Source of the DNA: Caecitellus pseudoparvulus
Taxonomy: Eukaryota; Protista; Bigyra: Bicosoecida
Assembly (NCBI GenBank): GCA_965644315.1
Contig: CBFFRQ010000096.1
Coordinates: 328,822-392,821 of the forward strand
Direction of reading: 5' to 3'
Length of the DNA stretch: 64,000 nt
The notes beneath the pieces are model-generated. The model searched no databases. It was not told the origin of the DNA and was given only the letters and a program-made list of their open reading frames with translations. Position numbers and translations under genes: made by a program. Shown here piece after piece: positions 54,654 to 64,000 of this stretch. How positions within the stretch are numbered: position 1 is the first letter of the stretch; each line of letters opens with the position of its first letter.

Positions 54654-55713
54654 TCACTCGGCCGCTTCGCCCGCGCCTGCCTTGCTGCTGCTGTCCTTGG
54701 CGCGCAGCAGGACATCCTTCATGCGCGTGATGTCCTTGCCACCCGCGTCGCAGTTGCTGGTGTCCACGAGGGTCACGACGCGGGTCCAGGAGTCCCCCGC
54801 CAGCGCAGCCAGCATGTCCTCGTTGGCCTGCGACTCGTCGGCACGGTTGCTGGCCTTGCGGGCCTCCACTGCGCCCTGGTGCTGCTCCAACCAGTGCTTC
54901 AGGGCGGCGTCTGCCTCCGCCACGCGCTCAGCCTTGGCGCTCTTCTCCTCGGCGTCCTTCTCCTCGCACTCCTCACGGAACCTCGTGCGCCAGGCTCTGA
55001 GCAGGGCAGGCGCGCAGTGCGGAGGGAAACAGGTGCAGGTCGCTGCCGCCATGGGACTCACGCGAGCTTGTTCTGGCCATCGTCGGAACCGGCCATCATG
55101 TCCTGGGCGCTGTCCTCAGTCACTGCAGGGGCTGCTGCACCTCCGAGCAGGGCTGCGCAGGGGTGGTGGCGGAAGTTGAGCGCGGCGGAGAAGCGACTTG
55201 CTCTCCCACCCTCGCCTGCCTCCAAGGCACACGGCGAGCTCTCGAAATGCCAAGAACTACATGGCTACACTCGCGTGCCAGCTCCAGCAAGCAGCGCTCA
55301 GGTGCGCGCAGTTCGCTGAAAGGCCGCACACCATGACCACCACGCCGCCGCTGCGCCACACACGGCCAGGCAGCACCGCAAAGGCCAGTATGCCACTCAC
55401 GCTCGTCACCCAGGAGGCCAGCATCATCATCACCCTGCGGGCACGCAGCCTGAACTCCATGCCATGAAGATGTCGGCTCGCGCGGGGCAAGGGGGTGCAG
55501 GACACACCTCAGGGAAGCCAGCAGAGCCAGAGCCGCCGTCCAGGCCGGCGAAATCGTCCCTGAGAAGAAGGATGTTCACGCTCACGTGTGCTCATGCAGT
55601 CATCATGCACACGGCAGGGTTTGCAGGGTCACTGGCGCTCCAGCGCAGCTGGCGGCGGGGGCAGTGAAACGCTACGCCACTCACTCGAGCCCGACGCTAT
55701 CTTCGTGGTCCAT
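54654..55713 (-). CDS. CLC: Clathrin light chain, 5 exons
   Basis: Exons 55713-55685, 55559-55508, 55434-55401, 55152-55062 and 54996-54654 splice in frame. Acidic N-terminus, 'AWRTRFREECEEKD', 'SWTRVVTLVD...KDITRMKDVLL'. Confidence 0.85.
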
Positions 55714-55864
55714 GGTGAAGGGTGCAGGCACTGGAGGCAGGGGGAAGCCACTCATTCAGCGGTGGGTGCTGTCGGGTAGTGTTTGTGTATTGTTTTGACG
55801 CCACCGTCGCGCTGCATCGCGCGTGGCAGGGTAATGTCCGCGCTGCAGCAGCTTCACAAGCCCT

Positions 55865-57488
55865 TTACCCGTGCGTGTACAGGTCGGAGATGCGGGTCTG
55901 GGCGACGCCATCAGCACTGATGACAGTGATGAACTGCTCAGGGATGGGCTGCTCAGTCCACTCGGCATCCTCTGCTTCACTGACAGGGAAGGACACGTTC
56001 AACTCGGAGCACTTGGAGGTGGCGATTTGGGCGTCGCGCGACTCCCAGTTCAGGTACACCATGGCGCCGTCGGTCTTGTCCAGAGAGATGCTCTTGACGG
56101 ACTGGCGGGACTGCATCTTGAGGCGCTTGCTGTCCACGACGGACACCGACGCGATGACGTGGTCGAACAGCACCTGAGTCTTGACGCACTTGTCGATCTG
56201 CAACGCAGTGCACTTGCCGTTCACCAACACCGTCGCGCCGTCGCAGTTGTAGATGTACACCTCTTGGCTGGAGGCAGTCACGTTCACCTCCACCATGCCA
56301 GTCTGGTGCTCGCAGAACCACCGCTTGCCCACCAGGGCCAGGCGGGGATCCTTCTTCACGACGGCCTTCTTGGCAGGCACGGCCTTCTTGGCGGCGCCGG
56401 CGGCCTTGGGCTTCAGCGTCGGCTTGCCCTTCATGTTCTTGGCCTTCATGTCAGAGGTCACCTTGCGCAGGCCCTTCGTGCGCCCTGAGCTCTGGTCCAG
56501 CTTGCCCAGCTCGGCGGCCAGGTTCACCATGGCCTTGGCGTTGCGCACGGCGCCATCCTCCTCATCGCCGCCAGCGGCAGCGGCAGCAGCAGGGGGCTTG
56601 GCAGCAGCAGGCGCAGGCGCAGCGGCTGAAGGCGTGCCGTCGGCGATGTCCTTGCCCTGGAACTTCCACGTTAGGCCCGTCTTGTGGTGCGCCTTGACGT
56701 AGTCGTACAGGCCCGAGAGCAGGTCCTTCATCTGCCCGCACCAGGACATGTGGGCGTCGCCCTTGGACTTGAAAGCCACCCGCACCTTGTTCAGCCAGAA
56801 CTCCGCCGCGTCGCGCTGCCCCTCCACCAGGGAGTGCGGCATGGTGTCCACGACGATCCAGTTGCAGGCAGGCAGCGCCTCCATCACAGCCTTCGCGTGG
56901 TTGTTGAACTCGCCTGGGTTCACGGCATTCACCGCCTTCATCGCAGACTGCAGCTCCTTGCCAGCAGGGGACGCGAACTGAGGCACAGGGCAGGCGCAGG
57001 GCGGTGCGAGCGAGCAGTGGTCACGCATGCCGCAGCTTGAGAGAGCGGGCGTGGTGGCTGGCAAAGCTGCAACGCCGGCTGGGCAGCACGCACCAGGTCG
57101 GCGGGGGAGGGCTTCTTGCACACGGGGACCAGGGACAGAATGCCTCGCAGCTTGTTGAAGACATCAGCGAGGCCAGTGCCCTGGGAGTGGCGGGTGGGCG
57201 CGGGGGCAGGCAGTACAGCACAGCGCGCGGCGTGGCGTGGGAAGTGCACTGCACTCAACACACCAGCTCGGCGACAGGCCCGCCAATGTCGTTGGAGGTG
57301 GCCACGAGAGGGGCCAGCTTGCCCTCCAGCAGGGTGTCATACGCGACGAGCCATTCAGGTGCGCCGGCGTCGCCGCCTGCGGCGTCTCCGCCGCTGGGTG
57401 CTGCTGCCGGCGTGACGCCCATCTTGCCTTCGAGGGCTGCGAGGCGAGCCTCGAGGCTTTGCAGGTACTGTGTGACTGATGCAGCCAT
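55865..57488 (-). CDS. CAP1: Adenylyl cyclase-associated protein CAP/Srv2, 3 exons
   Basis: N-terminal 'LEARLAALE' motif, helical-folded domain (AEFWLNKV...YVKAHHKTGLTW), WH2 'GLRKVTSDMK', CARP beta-helix ending 'EQPIPEQF'. Confidence 0.92.
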
Positions 57489-57847
57489 GGCGCTGGGGTG
57501 GGGCGTGCTGGCACGAGGGGGAAGCAAGTGCGCGTACACAAGCTTAAAGGGGCGGGGCGGTGGGAGGTGTGGGGGGTAGAATGTGCGTGGCCAGTACAGG
57601 TGGTGGCTGCCTCGAAATCCGCAGCGGCCAGGCACCCCCCCCAACCGGGCGGGCATGGCCGCTTAAGGCAGCGCCAGGCGCGGGCGTACCCGTCGAAAAA
57701 TTTCACGAACTCGCCAAGCTTTGTGTGGGCCGTGCCGTGCTGTTTGGGTGGGCAGCCTCTCCTCGTTGTGCCACCTGGCGTGCCAAGTGCCACCTTCCTG
57801 CACACCCTCCTCGCCACAGCCGCTGCCCCAGAGCCTTCCCTGCCACC

Positions 57848-59848
57848 ATGCGGTGTGTCATGAGCCTGTTGCTGGCAGCAGCCACGGCAGCCGTCGTGGC
57901 GGGCCAGCTGCAAGGCAGCATTTCAGCCAGCACGCTCGCGGCAGCGGGCGAGGCGGCGACTGCGGCACTGCAGCATGACCTGACGCCCGAGACGGCGCTG
58001 GGCGCCGCCACAGTGTTCAAGCGGCTAAGCAAGCAGGCGTCCAAGGCACAGTGCTCGACAGTGGCCAAGCTGGCCGGCACTGCAAGCACCCCTGCAGCGG
58101 CCTCCCGTGTGGCCATGAGCTTGAAGCTGCTGGGCTGCTCCAGCCAGCTGTCAGCGGAAAGCGCCGCCTTGGCTCCAGCGGTGGCCCAAGGCCTGTCCAG
58201 CCCCAGCCTCGGCACCCTCGCCCTGGCCGTGCAGGCAGCGCCCCTCGTCGGTGCTGATCTGGACGCCAGCAGTGCGGCAACCTCGGTCCTGGCCCACGTG
58301 GTGCAGGGTGCGGTATTTGGTGCCGACGCCGGCGCTGTGGCGGACGGCGTGGCAGACGGGCAGAGCACCGCAGCAGGCTTGACTGCGCTGGCCTCCCTGT
58401 ACTCCAAGATCTCCTCAGACACTGCGCTGTCGAAACGCGTCAAGTCCGTGCTGAAGGGTCTCGGCGCCGCCATTGGCAGCGCGGAGGTGGGCGTGCATGC
58501 GCCGTCCCTGGCCGCTGCCACACACGCCAGCCTGCGCCTGGCCAAGGCCGTCAAGGGCGGCTTACCACGCCTGCCGTCCAGCACCCTGGCCACCGCTGCC
58601 AACGCGCTGCTTGTGCACGCCAGCTCCGCCGACGTCACTGTGCTGGGCCCCGTGCTGTCCGCAGCCAAGCTGCTGGGCAAGGACGCTGGCCCCATCGCCC
58701 AGCTGCCGTCCGTGAGTCTCTCTGCTGCCTCTGTGCGCCATGGCCACCCTCAGGCCGTGGAGGTGCACGTGACGGATGTGTGGGGCGAGCCCCTGCCTGC
58801 TGACGTCACGCTGGTCAAGGCCGCCCCTGCCAAGCCGGTCAAGGGCGCGGCAGTTGCCAACGACGTGTCCTTGACAGGGGCTGACACCCTGGGCAAGGCA
58901 GCCGCGTCGTGGGCTCCTGGCGTGTACACCCTCACCATCCGAGTGAACCCCGGCGACGGCGCGACCTTCGAGGCTGTCACGACGCACAGGCAGCTGGCCG
59001 TGACGGCAGACTTCAGCTGGGGCGAAGCCATCGTGCTGGTGTCTGCCAGCCCCGACGGCGCCAGCGGCGTCCTGGGCCAGCAGCGGGCTTCCCTCGCCCA
59101 CCCCGCTGCCGCCAAGAAGGCCTTCACCGCCGGCCCAGGGCAGCACTTGCAGGTGCTGGTGTCCGGCGCCGCTGCTGGTGGCTCGCCGCTGCTGGCCCGC
59201 GAGGCCACCTTGCTGCTGACCCACACAGAGTCAGGGGCTGTGGCCGCCTTCAAGGCCAGTGCAGCTGCCGAGGCGCAGGAGGCAGGGCTGAAGTTCAGCG
59301 TGGATGCCGGCTCACGCACCGCGCTGCAGGCGGCGGCCGCCCCAGGCACCTACACGCTCACCCTCATCGCAGGGGCACCCGGCGTGACTGGCGCTGCCTG
59401 GGCACTTGGCACGGTCACGCTGTCCCCTCCGGAGGCTGTTCCTGGCCCCGCACCCCCCCTGTACACGACGCCACTGCTGCATGAGTCCGACATCGCCACA
59501 GCCGCGCTGCCCGAGATCGCGCACCAGTTCCGACCCCCAGCCCCGCGCCCGCCTGTCTTTGTCTCCTTCCTCTTCGCCGGCGCGACGGTGGCGCCCCTGG
59601 CCGTCCTGGTGCTGTACTTCCTGGGCATGGCGCCGTCCGTCACCTGGCGCAAGCAGGTGCCCATGCTGTCTGGGCTCGTCTTCTTGGCGTCGCTTGGCGG
59701 CATCCTGGGCGTCTTCGCCATGTACTGGCTGGACGCCTTCAACATGTTCGTGTGCCTGGCCTACACGGGCGTGCTGTGCTGCCCCCTCACCCTGGCCGGC
59801 AGCAGCTTCCTGCGTGGCCTGCGCAAAGCAGACAAGGCAGCCGCCTGA
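57848..59848 (+). CDS. RPN2: Oligosaccharyltransferase subunit ribophorin II (SWP1/RPN2)
   Basis: Signal peptide; 'LPEIAHQFRPPAPRPP' followed by 3 TM helices (…FAMYW...NMF...LAG..FLR) and a basic tail. Confidence 0.85.
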   Translation: MRCVMSLLLAAATAAVVAGQLQGSISASTLAAAGEAATAALQHDLTPETALGAATVFKRLSKQASKAQCSTVAKLAGTASTPAAASRVAMSLKLLGCSSQLSAESAALAPAVAQGLSSPSLGTLALAVQAAPLVGADLDASSAATSVLAHVVQGAVFGADAGAVADGVADGQSTAAGLTALASLYSKISSDTALSKRVKSVLKGLGAAIGSAEVGVHAPSLAAATHASLRLAKAVKGGLPRLPSSTLATAANALLVHASSADVTVLGPVLSAAKLLGKDAGPIAQLPSVSLSAASVRHGHPQAVEVHVTDVWGEPLPADVTLVKAAPAKPVKGAAVANDVSLTGADTLGKAAASWAPGVYTLTIRVNPGDGATFEAVTTHRQLAVTADFSWGEAIVLVSASPDGASGVLGQQRASLAHPAAAKKAFTAGPGQHLQVLVSGAAAGGSPLLAREATLLLTHTESGAVAAFKASAAAEAQEAGLKFSVDAGSRTALQAAAAPGTYTLTLIAGAPGVTGAAWALGTVTLSPPEAVPGPAPPLYTTPLLHESDIATAALPEIAHQFRPPAPRPPVFVSFLFAGATVAPLAVLVLYFLGMAPSVTWRKQVPMLSGLVFLASLGGILGVFAMYWLDAFNMFVCLAYTGVLCCPLTLAGSSFLRGLRKADKAAA

Positions 59849-59894
59849 CGCAGGCACGCAATGCACCCACTCATGCCCCGCTCGCATTGCATTG

Positions 59895-62800
59895 TCACCG
59901 CCGCAGCATGGCGCGAGCACGGGAGCCAGCACCAGCCACTGTCGGAGCTGGGCGGGTGGGTGGCGCCACCTCCCGTGCAGCACTCTCCATGCCCGGCAGC
60001 GTCAGGTGGCACAGGGGGCAGTTGGCCCGCCCTCGCAGCTCCTGCCGCAGCATCTTGTGCTTGCACCGCTTGCACCGTGTGTAGCTCTTGTCCAGAACGG
60101 GGCGGCCACTGGCCACGCAGGCGTCGAAGCGCACGCCACACGCCATGCAGCCCGTCGCCCACGGCTGCACGGTGGTGGAGCACTTGGGGCAGGCATACGT
60201 ACGCACGCCAGGGTCCACTGGCGAGTGCGTCACGAAGATGTGCATGGCCAGGTCGGCGTAGGCGGCGCGCTCCGCCTCAGTGACGGGGGCGTACGAGGAC
60301 ATGGGGCCGGTGGTGCCGACGTCCCCGCCGGCGCCGCCCCCAGGCCCCTCCCCCAGCTGCTCCAGCCGGATGAAGGCCTTGGAGCACTGCCCGAAGAAGC
60401 CGTTGTAGTACGCACACAGGGCGATGAGGCTGTGCACCGCCTTGGGGTCCAGCACGTCCTCGTACTCCGTCAGCCGCAGCGCCGTGCGCAGGGCCGCGGC
60501 GATGTCGGAGCTGTACAGCTGCCGGTGTGCCAGCATCCAGAAGTGGTACGCCTCGGCACCGTGCCACGCCGCATCCAGCACCCGCACAGCGGCGGCCTCC
60601 TCCCCGGACAACCCCGTTGTCGTCATCGTGGCATCCTGCGCCAGCAGCGTGTCCAGGGTGGCGGCCGTCGCAGCCGTCGTGCCGCCCTTCGTCTTGCCCG
60701 GCCCCGTGATGGTGGCGGCCGTCATCTCGCTCATGCGCATGGTCATGCCGCGGTGCCGCTCCACCTCCAGCGCAGCCAGCACGAAGAGCTTCTTGGCGCG
60801 CATGGGCGCCTGCCGCACGGCGCCTGCCTCCGCCGCCAGCTTGGCCAGCATGCGCCCACTCTCCGTGGCCCGATTGGCCTTGCGGAACAGCTCGATGGCT
60901 TGGAACAGCTTGCCCTCGTTCATGAGCTTCGTGCCGTACTTGGTCAGCAGGCCCTCGATCTGGGGGAAGTCATGCGCCTCTGCCAGCTCCACTGCGCGGT
61001 CCCACTCGTTCAGCAGCACGCAGGCATCCACAGCCCCCTTCACATCCCCACCCTTCAGCAGCGCGTCCACAGCCGCTGCCACCAGGCCCACCCGCTGCAG
61101 CTTGCGCCCCACTTCCAGCAGCAGTGCGGACCCGGGCGGCAGCTCCCCCACCAGGGCCACCAGGCCGTCGAAGTCGTCCTGCATGTACAGGCAGTGCGCG
61201 AGGGCCTCTGTGTTCTTGGCTTCGGTGTAGTACTGCGCCGCCTTGCGCCACTGCTGGCGGTCAGCGTAGTAGTCCCCGATGGAGTTGCGGGCGAGGGTGA
61301 GGAGGGTGTCTTCCTTCCGCGCCACGCCGCCCGCCGACGCCAGCTGGATGACGCGGAACCAGTCCCCCATGCGGATGCGCATGTCGATGGCGAGGTCGTG
61401 GCGGTCCATGGACACATACGCCGCCTCAGCCTCGTCGAAGCGCCCGAACCACACCGCCACCTCTGCCCGCTGCTTCGTCCGGTCCCCCAGCAGCCGCAGT
61501 CGCTTTACAAACGTGATGCCCTGGTAGTCTGCGATCTCCACATATGCCCGCTCAGCAGTGGGCAGGTCCAGACGGTCCAGGGCTGACTCTGCCAGCAGCC
61601 GCCACAGGCGTGCATGGGGGCAGGTGCGCACAAACGACAGCGCCGACGCGAGGTCAGCCTTGTGCAGCAGCTCCCGCATGTCCCGCAGAGAGCGCGTCTC
61701 GTAGGACATGACGGTGGTCTTGTGGGGCGCCAGTGGCTCCAGCATGATGTCGTCCAGATGCACGCCCGTCACGCACAAGTCCCTGAAGCGCGTGAGGAAG
61801 GCGCTGCTCTGCACGGGCTCCTCCGGCTTGCCCTGCCGGATGAGGTACATGCGAGTCTTCTCCATGGACACAAACAGAGCCGGGTTGTCCTCCGCCCACA
61901 GCATCGCCCACGCGTCCTTGCGGGAGGAGCCCACGTGGGCGCCTGACACGGGCGGCGTGCCGTCCGCGCGTTTGCCGCCACCGCCTTCCGCGGCGTCCGG
62001 GGAAGGTGCCTGCGTGTCGAAAAAGTGCAGGCGGCGGTCGCCATCAATGACAGACAGCATGGTACCATCGCAGTTCACAGCCATGGCCTTGGGGCTGCAC
62101 TGCAGCTGGTACCTGGCTTCCAGCGCCACGTGCGGGAGGGTGTACCGTGCCACCTGTCCTGACGCACGCCCGATGAACAGCGCCTCCGGCAGCGCCGCCA
62201 GGCACGTGATGGGGTCCTGGGAGGGGGGCATGTGCTCTGCACCAGCGCCTGTACCACTCCCAGACCCATCATCGATGTGGAAGACTCGCTCGCGGCCTTC
62301 CGTGCGCCGGAGGGCTGCCATGGCGGATGACGCGGCGTCCCCCGCTGCGCCGATGGCGGTGACGCCCGTCGCTGAGTACTGCCACACGTACACCATGGAG
62401 CGTGATGCGACGATGACGTGCATGGGCGTCATGGTGACGTGCTGGGGTGGGAAATTCACTGTCTTGGTGTGCACGGGGGAGCCGATGGAGTCACACAGCA
62501 CCAGCGAAAACGTCCCAGCATCTTCCGTGCCAGTGGCCATGACGCAGTGCTTGCCGCTGGGGCAAGCTGTGATGGAGATCAAGCGCGTCGCAGCCTTGAA
62601 AAAGCGGTTGTTCGAGCGCGTGTTCCAGAACACCACGCCTTGGTCGGAGCGGCCAGGCTTGTTGTACGCGTACGCGACAATGTCCCCAAATGCAGCCCAG
62701 CGGTAGTCAGGCCGCACGTTCGCGAAGAACACAGAAGAGTCCACAGCAATAGCCACTCGCAAGCCACCGCCCTCCCACGACACATGCTGCAGCGTCTTGC

Positions 62801-63911
62801 CTGTCAACTTCAACGTGTGCAGGGGGCGGCCAAAGGGGGAGTAAAACCGCACCGCCAGCGAAGCCGCGCCAGACTCGGAGTACACCGAGCCCCCCACAGC
62901 CAGCACATTGCCAGCAGTGTTCCACGCGACAGTCTTGATCTCCATGTCAGTGCTCACGATGCAGGGCTCCTCATCCCGCGCATGCCGCATCAACTGCACC
63001 AGCCCGTTGGCAAAGGCGATGGCGAGGGAGGGCTGCTCAGGGTAGTCGTGCCCCTCCAGGCCATCGTACCACTGCACTGCCACGATTTCCACCTCATCGG
63101 AAGCCTGGTCACTCGCGCGCAGCTGCACATCCTTCAGGGGGTTTCCCGTGCTGCTGAATGACTGCAGGCGGGTCCGGTTCACGATGAAAAGCAACAGCTT
63201 GCCGTCCGGGCTCCACTCCACGCCTTGCAGGGTCTGCCCCAAGTCACGCCCCCACACACGGTTGCCGTCCACAGACCCCACCAAGACGTTGGAGTCCTCG
63301 TACGCGATGCAGATGCGCTCCCCCGAAGCCTGCCACTTCATGCCCCGCACCACACTGCTAGCTCGCGTGTTCATCATCTCCTCCCGCCAATTGCCCTTGT
63401 GCAGCACCCACACGATGGTCACGCCCATGTCGTCAGAAGTTGTCAGCTTCTGGTGCTGTGGGTTCCAAGCCCCAATCAGCACGGAGCCTGCGGCACGCCA
63501 ACGAGCCGTCGGCTCCAGCAACCTGCAGAAACGCCCGCCCGCCTCACTCACCTCTGTGGCCCTCCAACGGCTGGCTGTTTGCCATCGTCATGGGCGCAGC
63601 GATGCCCCGCACATCTGAATCTGCATCCTTGGGCACCAGCTTCATCACCTGTGCCGTGCCATGGGCGGAGCGTTGTGCAATGGAGTGGCGTGGCATCACA
63701 ACGGCAAGGCAGGCGCACCTTGAGCAGCCCCGAGTCCCCGCCGCACGCGATCCAACCATCGGTCTGGAATGGGTTCCACGCGCAGCAGTTCAGGACCTTA
63801 CCATTCGGGATGGATATCTGCGCAGGGGTCGGGTCGCAGCTGCAAGGTGTGAGACGCGTGGGCTTCGCAATTTCCGCACTGGCGTACCTTCTTGCTCAGG
63901 AAGACAAACAT
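59895..63911 (-). CDS. WDR35: WD repeat protein 35 / IFT121 (IFT-A), 4 exons
   Basis: MFVFLSKK|ISIPNG...GWIACGGDSGLLK|V; KLTTSD, ICIAYED, GSVDGNRVWG, ANVRPDYRW, PHARLWRLLAE, AWHGAEAYHF, C-terminal Cys zinc-ribbon CPLCH. Confidence 0.96.
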
Positions 63912-64000
63912 GGCGTCGACAGGGTTCTGCAAGTGAGAAGCCCCAGAAAGGCGCCAAGGGGGCCAGTGCTAACCGGCTGCTAGTGTTGGCGATTGGATTG

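Noticed and set aside
11475-63911. Functional ciliary gene cluster (SPICE1, CFAP65, IFT25, IFT121)
   Set aside because: They are interspersed with unrelated housekeeping genes, and four of about 24 genes is not compelling in a flagellate.
1-64000. CRISPR arrays, transposons, viral or prokaryotic defence systems
   Set aside because: No repeat-spacer arrays, terminal repeats, transposase, RT or capsid motifs were seen; the window is almost fully tiled by spliced eukaryotic genes.

Overview
Gene-dense, GC-rich (roughly two-thirds GC by eye) eukaryotic nuclear DNA from a flagellated protist. The gene complement and style suggest a heterotrophic stramenopile (inference). About 24 protein-coding genes with short, mostly 5'-clustered GT-AG introns and one tRNA-Ala(UGC) were reconstructed by hand: an OSCA/TMC-like channel, chitin synthase, an unknown multipass membrane protein, TMEM230-like, SPICE1-like, DIS3-family RNase, p24/TMED, histidine acid phosphatase, a mitochondrial AP2-AP2-RsfS fusion, a cryptic QCR10-like microprotein, a zinc-finger-less DnaJA, a mitochondrial carrier, a LOTUS/U-box-like protein, CysRS, MPP-beta, ATG9, CFAP65, a lipoyl-KGD4 fusion, IFT25, a WW/PH/RasGAP-like giant, clathrin light chain, CAP/Srv2, ribophorin II and WDR35/IFT121. 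The strongest unexplained signal is the hexamer AATGCA. It lies on the sense strand within about 30 nt of the stop codon in 15 of 23 gene ends and becomes the palindrome AATGCATT in two convergent gene pairs, so it is a candidate lineage-specific, bidirectional 3'-end/polyadenylation signal. No mobile elements, CRISPR arrays or prokaryotic systems were seen. All family assignments come from motif recognition, not database searches.
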